A stretch of DNA of 64,000 nt from Paragordius varius (Eukaryota > Animalia > Nematomorpha): the NCBI GenBank assembly GCA_964247055.1, contig OZ176050.1:1860001-1924000 (forward strand), read 5' to 3'. Within the stretch, counting starts at the first letter, position 1, and each line of letters begins with the position of its first letter. This document shows, piece by piece, positions 36,280 through 49,067 of the stretch. Below the pieces are notes generated by a model, which was given only the letters and a program-made list of their open reading frames with translations, was not told where the DNA came from and ran no database searches. The position numbers were made by a program, and so were the translations under genes.

Positions 36280-38900
36280 TTAAATGTTCATTTGAAAAAG
36301 TGCAGATGGACATTGTTTATCATCATTATCATTTTTTTGGTTTAGTACAACTTCTTTGGACAGCTTCTCTTCTTCTAAACTTTTCTCATTGACCTCACAT
36401 CTATACAAAAAACAAGTATAGAAATTTATGAAAAAAACTATAAAAACTTTTTTTAAAATTGTTTAAGGGAATACTTTTTTTCATCCATATCATGAAAAGA
36501 TAGTTGTGGCTGATCATCGGCGGCTATTTTACTAATGTAATTGTAGGGAACCCACCCTTCTCCATAGTCCCCCAAAACCCACATCCATCCATTTGAGCTT
36601 CCTGACCTAACTGGGGGGCGTAAATATTTGTTTATGGTTGTAAAAGCCGATGTATTACCGTTGTCTTTAACGGTGTTTTCTTCGGATGTTAGATCACAAA
36701 CAGATGGTGCTTCTACCATATCACCCCTTCTAACTGTTAAATCATTAATATCTCTTGCAATAAAGTCATACAACACGATGTAGCGGTTTAATTTTGATTT
36801 TTTGGTCGGAATACTGCTATCGATAATTTATAAAAAATATATATAGAGAAAATATATTTGATTTAAACAACGAATCCAATAATACCTTGTATCATCCTTC
36901 ACCATGTTTAATATTTCATTACGTTTTAACCACGAATTGAGGGGTTCTACATGCTTAGGTATGGGAGGTGGGTCCGTATCTAAACAGGTGCTTCTATCAG
37001 GGATAAATTTTCTGGGCTTGCTGGGGGAGGTGGGTTTTGATTTAGAAACATTGCTGAAAGTTATTCCTGATTCGCTGGAAGTTAAGTGTTTAGACGAAAT
37101 AAATAACTTGTGAATGGGACTAAAAATGTGGTATTTCCATTTTTTGACATTTTTCTGGTCTAATTTAGTACCGTTGGTGCCGCTTAAATCAATATCATTT
37201 AAACTTTTGCTTTTTCGGACGTTTGATTTATTTAGAGTTTTTGAAAGCCATGCAAAAGGATTTACTAATTGCATTTTAGCACCAGTTTTTTTTAAGGTGC
37301 GCTCTTTTTTAACATCTTTAACTGTTTTCTTCTTTATTGGCTTAAATGGCTTTGAATTAGTGTCCGCGCATGTAGATTCAATTCTAGGAGGTTTTAAGTT
37401 AGAAAAACACTTATTATCCATTATTTTATAACTTTTATGCAAAGGTGATGCTCTTGATGAAAACAGCTCACATCTTGAATTAGAATTTTTACTTATGTTT
37501 TCGTTTTTTCTATTATCTTCATAATCGTCCGGATTATTGTAAATACTTGAATATTCTGCTTCTTCCATCCAGTTGTCCAAGTTTTTCATTTTCGCAATAT
37601 CATTATTATTTACTCCATTTTTAAAGGAGTCAAAAATACAAAGAGTATTTATTTGCCCCTCTTGACAATCCTTTATAATAGGAGCATATTTTTTGTTTTT
37701 TCCTTGCATTTTATTTCTTTGACCTTCTTTATTTATTGCTTTGCCCTTTCGAGTAAAAAATTTAGCAAGAAGAGTTTGCTTCGCTAGTCTTTTTGCATTT
37801 TCGTTAGTGGTTTTGCTAAAAGAGATTTCTCCTGTCCTAAATTCCTTATTTAAATTATGGTTTACATTTTTACCGTAAATCACATCAGGATTAATAATTT
37901 GCTCTTGACTCAAATATACCGATGATTTGCCAAATCTCGGTCTGGTTAGCTCATAAAACATGTGATGGCATCGACAAGTTCTATTTCCATGATGATTATA
38001 ATGAAGCTTAGTTGCTCGTATTTTTCCCAATTTGTGGTTCTTTCGTTGACCTGATCCGTGGGCAAATCGCTTTTTATTATGGACCATATTTGAGCTAGTA
38101 CACATATGGTCTTCGAAATTTTCTTCATCGTCGGAGTAACATAACCCATTTTTTATATCATTTGTTGGAAGTGTGGAATGCGCTGTATGATGAGATAAAT
38201 TATCTGGAGGTTTAGCATATTCATACTCATTTTCATATCGTGTCGAATTGTTGCTAACAAAGTCTGTTTTAAAAAAAAATTTCTCCTGCTTTTTTGGCAA
38301 AACATTATTCTCATTTAAATGTTCATCAGACATAGAGCGTTCTTCTTGACTGTTATTATTTAAATTTGATCCACCGCAACCAATTCCACTGTCCAAATCA
38401 TCCATCATTTGAATATTAGATTTCTTAATTGAATCAAACATTTCTTCGGCATGCTGTTCTTCTATATCATCGAATAAGTATTCGGATGAAGATTGTTCAA
38501 AACACAAATTATAATCAAAATTTGTAATAAATCTACAATTTTCCATGGGAACAAAACCTTGCTTTTTCAGTGGGGTAACGATGTACAATAAATTATCCTG
38601 TTTAAACAGTGCATAAACCAAATCTCCTCTGTTTAATTGTACAAATGTATTTGTTTCATTTGTGTCTGATGAGTCCAAAAGCATGCTAACTTCGGATTGT
38701 TTTATAATTTTTAGAGGCACCTTAGCTGGTGAATTCATGTTAGATTTCTCTAAAAGTTGTAAGAGGGATCTGACAAAATTAAGAATTTCGTCATCAATAT
38801 TAAAGTCCCTCTGAATTTCTCCATTTTGATCGTTGTTACTTTGTTTTTTATTTTTTGGGTAAAGATTATTTGCCATCGATTCGTAAATTTCACTTTCCAT
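36280..38900 (-). CDS. Two-SH3-domain adaptor protein (SH3 domains resemble Dlish/Vamana type), ~825 aa
   Basis: Exons 36886-38900, 36475-36816 and 36280-36400 join in frame via GT-AG introns (69 and 74 nt). N-terminal SH3-like segment LNRGDLVYALFKQDNLLYIVTPLKKQGFVPMENC. C-terminal SH3 RYIVLYDFIARDINDLTVRRGDMV...GWMWV...EGWVPYNYI. A long low-complexity N/K/S-rich linker lies between them. The Dlish resemblance is from recalled motifs, not a search. Confidence 0.8.
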
Positions 38901-39299
38901 GTATTCCGATATTAAGAGTTTATAATAAAAATTAATTAATGAATCAATATATAGCTATAGTTAGTTTTTTTAAGAGTATAATAACCCCAGTCATCAAATA
39001 CCGATCGAATCGGCATTTTCCAAAGTATAATGAACTTGCAAAAATTAATTAATCATCGTTTATTATCCAATATAATATAAACTTTCAACATCTTGTCTAA
39101 ATGAAGTTCAGCATAGCTTAAAAATGAAACTTTATTTAAAATCAATTAACCTAGAAATGAATTCTATATGCATATGTATTAAAAGTTAAATTCTGCATAA
39201 ATTATACAGGATATGGAGAGAGAAAGCGACATAAGCCATATAAATATTATTTATAAAATATTTTAAACATTAATTGGTGTCATCGTCATTTATAATTTA

Positions 39300-39850
39300 T
39301 CAAATACAAAATGCAAGATGTTTTTTTAATGTAACACCATAACTCGACAGAGTAGAGATATTTCGATAGTAATGTTCATTTCTATGTTGAGCCATACATT
39401 GCATGTTAATGAGGAAAGCATTTTGGATTGTTAATACTGTAGGATTAAGCGATTCATCAATTATCTTAATATTCCTGTCTTTTTGTTCCACAATTAACTA
39501 TCATATAAAAAATAATTAGGCACCAATTTTATATGAAAATATAATAATTTTGACTTACGTTGGAGATAATAGGCACATTTATTTGTTCAATGGTTCCATT
39601 GTATCTTAAAATGTTAATTGTACAATTCGACAACCCATATTCAGTTTCAATAATTAACTAAAAATTAAATAATAACATTGCTTTATTTCGGTGTATAATA
39701 ATCACATCGGACCATGCTTGAAGGATAAACTCAAAAAGAGAAATATCTGTCGGGTCGACCAAATCGATGAATGAATTCTTATGATGGTACTTTAGATTAT
39801 AATTTACGTACCAATCGTTTTGCTCCTTGATAATCTTGATGTTTCTTTAT
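39300..39850 (-). CDS. Terminal exons of an unidentified multi-exon gene (glycoprotein-like)
   Basis: Phase-0 exons ...-39706, 39559-39657 (LIIETEYGLSNCTINILRYNGTIEQINVPIISN) and 39300-39497 (LIVEQKDRNIKII...AFCI*) are joined by 48-nt and 61-nt GT-AG introns. N-x-S/T sequons NCT, NGT and NIS are present. Confidence 0.6.
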
Positions 39851-40318
39851 TAATATTATAAAATAATTAAAATATGATTTCCATAAGCTATTATTACTAA
39901 TTTTTCCTTGTGATCAACCGTCCTTTTGAATCTACTCTGCGTGTTAAAGGTGATATTTTAAATTATAGTGTTTTTAAATATTTAAAGCAAATAAATTATA
40001 TTTCACGCCTAAAAGTTTGGCCCTACGTCAGACATTATATTATAAAATGATTAAGGTGACATTAATCTATGCATTTTTCAAATAAAAAAAGATTTTGTTT
40101 TTTGCCCCATAATTATGAAAAAGGTTCCCAATATAGCTGGCCTAATTGTATTGTTGGTCGATTTGTGATACATTAGCGAAAATAAATTTCGTCTATAATA
40201 AAATAAACAAGGGAAGAATGTTTGTTAACATTTGTTGTTTATTTCCAACTACTGTGTTGCAAATAGACCACTTATATTAATTTGAATAAGTCAGCATAAA
40301 CGCATACCGTATAATATA

Positions 40319-41634
40319 TACCATTTTTCATGCAAAAACATCATTTTTTTAACCAAATGCAACATTTTTTCAACCAAACGCAACATTTTTTCAAGCAAAT
40401 GCAACATTTTTGTAAGCAAACACAACATTTTTTCAAGCAAACGCAACATTTTTGCAAGCAAAGACAACAATTTTTCAAGCGAACGCAACATTTTTTCAAG
40501 CAAACGCAACATTTTTTCAACCATAATAGACAACATTTTTTCATCCAAACGCAACATTTTTTCAACCAAAGACAACATTTTTTCAAGCAAAAACAACAAT
40601 TTTTTTGCCCCAATTTTTTTATATTATGACAAATTCATTTAATTTTAAGTTAATGATTAGTTAAATTTTAGCTTTGAATTATGATATTTATTCTTTTATT
40701 ATAAATGGTAAAATGATTAAACATTTTAATTTTGCCCTTAATTTAATTATTTTATATATTGTATACCATTTGCACTTTAAGAGTGTCCTACACTTCAAGT
40801 TGGTCCTTGAACATTTCAAGTTGGTCCTTAAAATTTTTAGATTTATTTTTATATTTCTTTATTATTTTTTAACCTAATTTTCTTTATTTATAATATATTT
40901 ATTCAGATAAAAATAAAAAATTTATTCAAAAACCACTTTTTTGTCTCTAACTAATTTTTTTTCAATTTAACAAAAATTATTAACTTTTAATGGATTTAAA
41001 TGAAAAATTGTAAATTGTATATTTTTGAATTTCGTGTTAAATTCTTTATAAAAAAATTAATATAGATCTACGGTTTCTGAATGAATAGGTGATTGATTTC
41101 AAAATTATGCTAAATAGTAGAAAATAGGTTAAAAACGATAAAATAGATGAATGATATCCAATTTGTTTGAAAAAGTTAAAAACAAAACAAAAAAGTCAAA
41201 GGACCAACTTGAATTGTTATAGGGAAACTTTAAATGTTCAAGGACCAACTTGAAGTGTTCAAGGACTCTCTTGAAGTGCAAATGGTATGCCAACATATAT
41301 TGATGTTAAAACAATAAAAATCATAATTCTACGTTTTAATAGGTCTTAAATTAAAAAAATGGTTTTTTATTTTAAAATTGTTGTTTTTGCTTAAAAAAAT
41401 GTTGTCTTTGGTTGAAAAAATGTTGCGTTTGGATGAAAAAATGTTGTTTTTGGTTGAAAAAATGTTGCGTTTGCTTAAAAAAATGTTGCGTTTGGTTGAA
41501 TAATTGTTGTATTTGCTTGAAAAAATGTTGTCTTTGCTTGAAAAAATGTTGCGTTTGCTTAAAAAAATGTTGCGTTTGGTTGAAAAAATGTTGCATTTGG
41601 TTGAAAAAATGATGTTTTTGCATGAAAAATGGAA
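40319..41634. mobile_element. Foldback element, family A, with a nested family-B element
   Basis: Same termini and 21-bp arrays as 1895-3330. The core contains a B element at 40764-41287 (TACCATTTGCAC...GTGCAAATGGTA). Confidence 0.88.
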
Positions 41635-41650
41635 TATATATATATATATA

Positions 41651-42359
41651 TACCATTTACACTTCAAGAGTGTCCTTGAACAATTCAAGTTGGTCCTTGA
41701 ACAGTTTAAGTTGGTCCTTGAACAATTCAAGTTGGTCCTTGAACAGTTCAAGTTGGTCCTTTAACTTTTTTTTTGTTTTTAACTTTTATCAATCAAATCG
41801 AAAATAATTCGTCTATTTTATCGTTTTTAACCTTTTTTCTATTATATTTACCATAAATTTTAAATCGATATCAACTTTTAATCTTTGAAAAACCGTATAT
41901 CTTTATTAATTTCTTAAAATAAATTTAGATATTTATAAGATTTTAACACGAAATGAAAAAATATATAAGTTTTCTGGGTTATTAATTAAAATTTTTCATT
42001 AAAAACATTTAAAAGTCAATAATTTTGTTCAATTGAAAAAAAATAGTTTTAAGAAAAAAAATTGGTTTTTCAATAAAAAAATTTATTTTTAAATGAATAA
42101 ATATATAATAAATAAAGAAAATTAGGTTAATAAATAATTACTTAAAAAAATAAATGCAAAAATTATGGTTAAATCAAAATTTATAAATTTTAAGGACCAA
42201 CTTGAACTGTTCAAAGACCAACTTGAACTGTTCAAGGACCAACTTGAATTGTTCAAGGACCAACTTGAATTCAAGGACCAACTTGAACTGTTCAAGGACC
42301 AACTTGAATTGTTCAAGGACCAACTTGAATTGTTCAAGGACACTCTTGAAGTGTAAATG
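41651..42359. mobile_element. Foldback element, family B
   Basis: Starts TACCATTTACACTTCAAGAGTGTCCTTGAAC and ends GTTCAAGGACACTCTTGAAGTGTAAATG. The 21-bp unit is AATTCAAGTTGGTCCTTGAAC. The right end is fused directly to a family C terminus. Confidence 0.88.
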
Positions 42360-43470
42360 TACCATTTTCCAGTAAAAAAACGTTTTCCCAGTCAATCGAA
42401 ACATTTTTCCAGTCAATCGAAACGTTTTCCCAGTCAAAAAAACGTTTTCATAATCAATGAAAAACGTATTTCCACTCCAGAAAAACGTTTTCCCAGTCAA
42501 TAAAAACGGTTTTATTTTTCATAAAAAATATCAAAACAAAATTTAAAAATATGTAACCATTATCAGCGTAATATTAAATATTATAATTTGTAAAAACATA
42601 ATTATTATGACAATATGTCCTATTAAATTCCAATCACGATCATTAATTACATAAAGGTTATATTTTATGGAATTTTAGTATTTTTAAGAAAATAATTAAA
42701 ATTTTATTTTTCTATCGATGGCAAGCCTGGGCTAACTTATAAAATGTATAGTTACTGGTCAAATAATAAAACTTTTAAAAATAGACCATTTCTATCTGAA
42801 ATCGGCCATCGCCTTAAATGGATTTTAAACGTGTCAAGTTTGTCAATAATATTGGGGAATAATATATCTAAACAAAAAATTTTTTGATAATGTTTTGGAT
42901 TAAATATTTAATAAAAAGGATATTACAACACAAATGGCTTCGCGGGCCGCATTTTTAACTCAAAAAGCACGGCGTTCCGCTTTCGAAATATATGCGGGCA
43001 TTCATAGATAATTTATTCGATTTTATACATAAGACTGTAAAATGCAACACAATATAACAATTGTTTTCAAGTTCGTTGCCAAATAGACTTATTTAGGAAA
43101 ATTGCGTAAGAAATATCAATTTTACTAAGATTTTATGGGCATATTTGTGCATATATATATCCAAATTTTTCGCGGGCCGCAGAACATCACAGGTCCGCGT
43201 GTTGACCCCCGGACTAAAAAATAAATATATTAGATAAATTATGGTAAAGTTGAGATGTTTAAAATCCACTTTGAAGCGTTAAAAAACCAATTTGAGATAA
43301 AAATGGTATATTTTTAAAAATTTTATTATTTCACCAATAACTATAGATTTTATAAGTTAGCCAGAATAGGCTTGTCATTGCTAGAATAAAAAATTAAATA
43401 TATTCTTCAAAATACTCAAATTCCATAAAATATAACCTTTAGAATAAGTTATTTATGATTGTGATTGGAA
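42360..43470. mobile_element. Family C foldback, right terminus lost, hAT-MITE-like core
   Basis: Starts TACCATTTTCCAGT with C-type 21-bp units. 42630-42760 is inverted at 43310-43470. The core 42925-43212 matches 23976-24243. Confidence 0.75.
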
Positions 43471-43753
43471 TATAAGTGGAAAAAATTTCTTTTAACAAGT
43501 AAATTTTTTAAAACACAAAACAAAAATACATTAAGAAAAATATGAAAAAAAATTTATAAAATATTTACAGAAGATTTTCAAGCGGTCATATTTCGAAATT
43601 TCGCGGAAAGCTGACGGCGGTCAACCGTTTGGCCACCACTGATATATATAGAAAAAATTGTACAAAATATTTTCGATTCCACAATTAATTAGTCATAGAG
43701 TAAAACGTCTTTGCGTATTTTGTACGGTGTAATTTTTTATTTTTATATAAATA

Positions 43754-44867
43754 TACCATATTTCATGCAAAAACATCATTTTTTCAAACAAAGACAGCAT
43801 TTTTTTAAGCAAAAACGAAAATTTTTTAAAAATTTTATACCATTTTTTTTTATTTTATGACATATTAAATTTATAGTTAATGTAATTTAATTTTAGCCTA
43901 GAATTATGATTTTTATTGATTTATCATCAATATTTGATTATATGATTGAATTCAAACATTTGTAACTTTGCCCATAAATTGAATTATTTTATAATATTTT
44001 TTTCTTTTAAAACATTTTCGCTCAATCAATAAATATAATTTCCGGTTCAATTTTTGTTGGTCTTAGAACACTTCAAGTTGGTCCTTCAATATTATTTTGA
44101 TAACTTCTATTAATTAAGCAATATAATATACTTTTAAGTGTGTATCATTTCTTTCTTAACTGTATATTATAAAATATTTAGCTATATTAAAAATATCTAG
44201 GTTTTATATATTATTGATCGTAATATTTAGTGTAAAACATTAATAAGTTTAAAATATTGATAAATAAAAGAAAATTAATTCGAAACAAAAGTTATTTTTA
44301 CTAAATAATATTTTTGATTCAAAAACTACAAATAAATTAAGATAATAGTTTAAATTTAAAAAAAAGAAAATTTACAAAAATAGCGGTTGTATGCAAACTG
44401 CAAAAATGTAAGGAACTTTAAATGAAGGATAACTTTTTTCAAATACACTCTCGAAGCGCAAATTGTATATATTAATTTGGTTAAACTAAAGTTGTAAAGG
44501 AAAAAATTAATTTATATAAATAAATAATGCAATTTAAGGCCAAAATTAAAATCTTTTAAAATCAATCATACCATCAAATATTGATGATGAATCAATAAAA
44601 ATTATAACTCAACGCTAAAATTTTATTAATTAAATTAAAGTTATATAAATTAATAATTAAATTGTCATAAATAAAAAAATTCTGTTAATTTAAAAAATTT
44701 GTTGTTTTTGCTGAAAAAATGTTGTCTTTTGTTAAAAAAATTGCGTTTGGAAGAAAAAATGTTGTCTTTGGTTAAAAAAATGTTGCGTTTGGTGCAAAAA
44801 ATGTTGTCTTAGGTTAAAAAATGTTGCGCTTTGTGGAAAAAATGATGTTTTTGCATGAAATATGGTA
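43754..44867. mobile_element. Foldback element, family A variant
   Basis: Termini TACCATATTTCATGC and GCATGAAATATGGTA with TA flanks. The left array is short and the right array longer. The core has a degenerate B relic. Confidence 0.82.
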
Positions 44868-45670
44868 TATATTATAAAAAATGGCTAATTTTACCATATA
44901 TAAACTCAATGACAATCATTATCAAAATTTTACTCAAGCCTGGCCATTTGTAGTATTAAAACCTTTAAAAATTTGTTTTTATATTAAATTTTAGCATTTT
45001 ACTATAAACAATTCTTATAGCGCGTCGGCTGTTTGTATATTTATCAAAAATATGAGGCTCTTGGAGCTAACACATAAAAATTAAAGGATATAGATATGTT
45101 TTAAATATTTCATAATATTTTTATGAACTATACAGCTTCCACCATTATATTATTGAGCATGTGAACTTATTCTGTTACGGATAAAGGCGCAATCACAATA
45201 AAAATTGTATTAATTAAAGCAGACAAAAGCATTCCGATAATTGATAATTTTTAAATTAGAATATTTTTTATCAGGAGAGTTTTTTATGACCCCCATTTAT
45301 AATTTGCCAAAGTAGTTGTCTATTTTCTTATAATTAAAGTAATTCTGGAAATCCCTTTACTTTGGATCTTATATCTTTCCCAGAAGATAATGGTAATCAC
45401 ACTCACCTTCAAAAATGATCCCTACACATTCTGGTTTTTGAGTATTGGAAAAAATATTTTAGCTTTTTGGTATCAGTTATTAAAAAATTTTTTGCAGTTA
45501 ATTTATTTCATAGCCATACTATTAACCATAGTTTGTAGATGAAGTATTTTTTACCTAAGTCTCTGACACCAAGGAAATTATCAGAATAATTACAATGAGA
45601 GTAACAAAAACATAATGATTATAATTTATAATGGTTAACCATCATTTAAAATAACGCTTGTTAATATAAC

Positions 45671-45960
45671 CTGTAATAATTATGATTATTCTTAAGGTTC
45701 GCTCTATCAGTATTGTTATCCATTGTGCAGATGGCAGAAAAGTCATAAAAAAATTCTATAATAAAATAAAGATATTTACCTTTGCTAAATTGCTCTTTCA
45801 ACGGATGAATGACAGTTAAATTAGGAGCGATTACAAAATTACCAATGATTGCATTTAAATACATCGTTTCTGTCAAATTTATTGCAAGCGATTCAATTAT
45901 TTTATCAGAGTAAATTTCACGGATCGTTATTGATTTCCCTGGTTTTTGAACTATTTGTAT
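45671..45960 (-). CDS. Internal coding exons of an unidentified gene
   Basis: AG acceptor at 45961-45962, then an open frame IQIVQKPGKSITIREIYSDKIIESLAINLTETMYLNAIIGNFVIAPNLTVIHPLKEQFSK. A candidate 24-nt intron (45756-45779) follows, then EFFYDFSAICTMDNN... ending at an AG|GT donor. NLT sequons are present. Confidence 0.55.
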
Positions 45961-47229
45961 CTATATATTTTGGTGAATTAGATGATTTAATTAAAAATTT
46001 GTTATAATGTTTGAGTGACCGTGTTGAAACTTGAGTTTGGTAACTAAGTTCAGTTATGGTTTTAATAACTAATTTTGGATAAGTATAGCAATAAAAAAAC
46101 TAAAATTAATTATCCAGACTATATTTTCTAATGACATATATAAAAAAATGATTTGACATCTACTAGTTAAATTGTACATTTTGGCGCATCGTTCAGTGAA
46201 AACTACGCCAGTAAAAATTTAAGAACAGCAGCAGATTTGTTGACCCTTTCGCTTGTTATTTAAAACATGGGAAGAGACATGAGATCGGGAAACAAAATTT
46301 TTTTTTCTCAATTTAACTTAGTTGCTAAGTTATAAAGCTTTTTATTATTAAAATAAATATTTTAAAGAATATTTATAACCTTTATCTCTTACTTCTTCCC
46401 AGTACCATAATTAAATTTTTTAACACAAAAGCTAAAAGACGATCCAATAAGTTTTAGGCAAAACCACATTTTTAAATGCTTTTACATTTTATCCTTATAG
46501 ACAATTATTTGCGAGATTTTATGAAATTGAAAACTGATTCATTTTAGACTTTTATAATGAAGTCATTGAAACAAAACTTTTATATAAATTTTACCAATTT
46601 GCAAAGTATATAGCCTTTCATAAATAATTATGAAGAAATATAAGAGCCAGATGATTTAAAATCACTAGTTAAACGTAAAACCGGTTTCAAATTAGAAATA
46701 TATTTATAACCCTAAATTTGGCACACTGTTATATATATATTAAATACAGAGAGAAGGTACCTTTATTACGCGATATAAGAATGAAATTTTTAGATAGGGT
46801 CGATGATGGCATTTCGAATCTTTTTAATAATTGAGGTAAACGTTTATGGTACATGTAAAATAAATAACAAAAGCTGTTTTGAGTATTTTTGCCTATAACT
46901 TTATGAACAGACGCAAAAGCGTAAAATTTTTATGGTATGCTTAAGAAAAAACTTTCATAGCTATATTTTATTTATATTTAGGGTCAAAACACACCTGTAA
47001 TTATCCAAAATCTAGATAATATCTATTGTTTTATCTCACAAAATTTATGAATTTATATAGATTATTGATATTGGAATACACTGTTTATTTAACATTCGAG
47101 TTATACACCTTCAATTTGACTTCTAAAAAACTAAATAAAAACAGAAACTATATATTTAATTTTTATTAAACTCAGTTTTCGAGATATTATTCATAAATAC
47201 AAAAGGTTATTTAGCAAAACCATTTCTTC

Positions 47230-48830
47230 AAAAATTTCAATTTTTCGAAATTTTTTCAACTTTTTTGATATATGGAAAAATTATTTAGCTTTTGTGTGTC
47301 CAAATACAGGGTTTTTGCTATTTCTCTTACACAGTGTGCAAAATCGGGGTCATGAAAAAAATATCTTGATGGAATAAATATATTCTGATAGAAAAATATA
47401 TCAGGATTATGATGGTGCTTTTGGTTTTGGTATTTAGAAGTGATATGCGAAATATTTTGTGGCAAGTGAACCATATCAGAAAATGAAAATTTGCGCACGT
47501 TTTTAAAAATAAAGTTTCTTAGATGAAAGGTAAATGCTTCACTCCAAAAAATATCATAAACTACTTGTAAAAAAAACAATATTTTTATAACATATTAATT
47601 TTTAGATGCATACTCCAAAAGTCCCATATTTTTTTGCTCCAAACGGGCCATTCTTTTACAATAAATGCAAATATGCTGAAATTTCGTATAAAATTTGTGA
47701 ATATATGTAGCTAAATTTTGACATTAAAAAAATTTTTTAAATGATGCGTACTTCTTGCTATTTTTTGGCATGACGGAAACGGTATACAAACGCTTTTAGA
47801 CATTGTAAAAACATTTCACTATATAATTTAATGGCTGAACATTTCTATTGCTTCAGAATTTTAATTTACTGGTTCGTTTACTTTAAAATTTTGGTTAATT
47901 TTTATATAAAAACACAATTATTAGAAAGCTACCACTTTAAAGCAGAAAACGCCATCTTTATATTAAATATAAAAACATGTTATGGAGATTATTTTGTCAG
48001 CCTACTTATGCAATTAGAAGTCATAGTACTTCCTATCAAGCAATAAATCGGGTTTTATGAAACAAATAAAAGAGGACAGTGTTCACCACGTGTCATAGTG
48101 TAAGGCGCGTTTAGTCCTTGTTGTAAACTCATCAGCCACACATAATGAACATAAACACTGTCGGTTAGGAGTTTGTATATATACTGAGTATTTTAAGACT
48201 TAAGAACATTTATAGTTGTTGAAAGAGATAACAGAGAACTTAAGGCTTGGAGAGGGGTACCGATTGTACTTAGTCGTTTCAAGCCACCTATTGATTGATA
48301 GGAAGTACTATGACTTCTGATTGCAAAGATAGACTAAGAAAATAATATCCTTAATATTTACAATTTATATTTGACAAAAATTTAACACAAACTTTAATAT
48401 AAATTGTGAGGTGATAGAAATTAGCATCATCAATATATTAAAATTGTGTTTTTATAATGCGTTTTCATATCATTTTCATCAGGTCTAAAAAGGATTGAGT
48501 ACGCTTAAGAATATTTTGATAAAAATTAAATTTTTGTAAAAAATAGGCATTTTTTAAAAATATTTTTTCTATGTTAATTAGCATATAATCGCGCTAACCC
48601 CGCCATTTTTGCGTTTATTATAAGAAGCCCGTTTTAGAAGAGCAAAAAAATTTGGGACTTTCGGAGCCCATAAAAATTAAAATATTATAAAAATAGTGTT
48701 ATGCTTTTTATAAGTAGTTTATTATATATTTTAGTGATATTTTTTGGAATAAATTTAGGTTACTTCAAAAAAATTTATTACAAAAAATGTGCTCAGTAAA
48801 TAACTTTTTATATAGGTAAGCGCCAAAATC
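47230..48830. repeat. Old long inverted-repeat family (H); related copies near 32000-33100 and 55650-56500
   Basis: AAAGTCCCA.ATTTTTTTGCTC (~47620) is inverted at ~48635-48665. The motif GCATGA.GGAAACGGT recurs at ~32745 and ~47770 and is inverted at ~32975. Boundaries are approximate. Confidence 0.5.
48010..48324. mobile_element. Small inverted-repeat element (MITE-like)
   Basis: GCAATTAGAAGTCATAGTACTTCCTATCAA (48010-48039) has a 1-mismatch inverted copy at 48295-48324. The interior is GC-richer. Confidence 0.6.
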
Positions 48831-49067
48831 AATAGCGCCATGAGATTCCTGATACATTTTTCTACTTATAATAGCTACATATTAAGCCTTTACAGTTAAC
48901 GGTCATTTTATTTACATTGGTGTCAAATTTTTGAAGAAAATTATGTTTTTTATGCTTAGTTATAATCAATAATCCCAAATTCAAAAAGAAATATATTATA
49001 TATATGTTTTTATTTACATTTTACCCTAATAACATATAACTTGTAACCAATAATATGATAATTTCCT

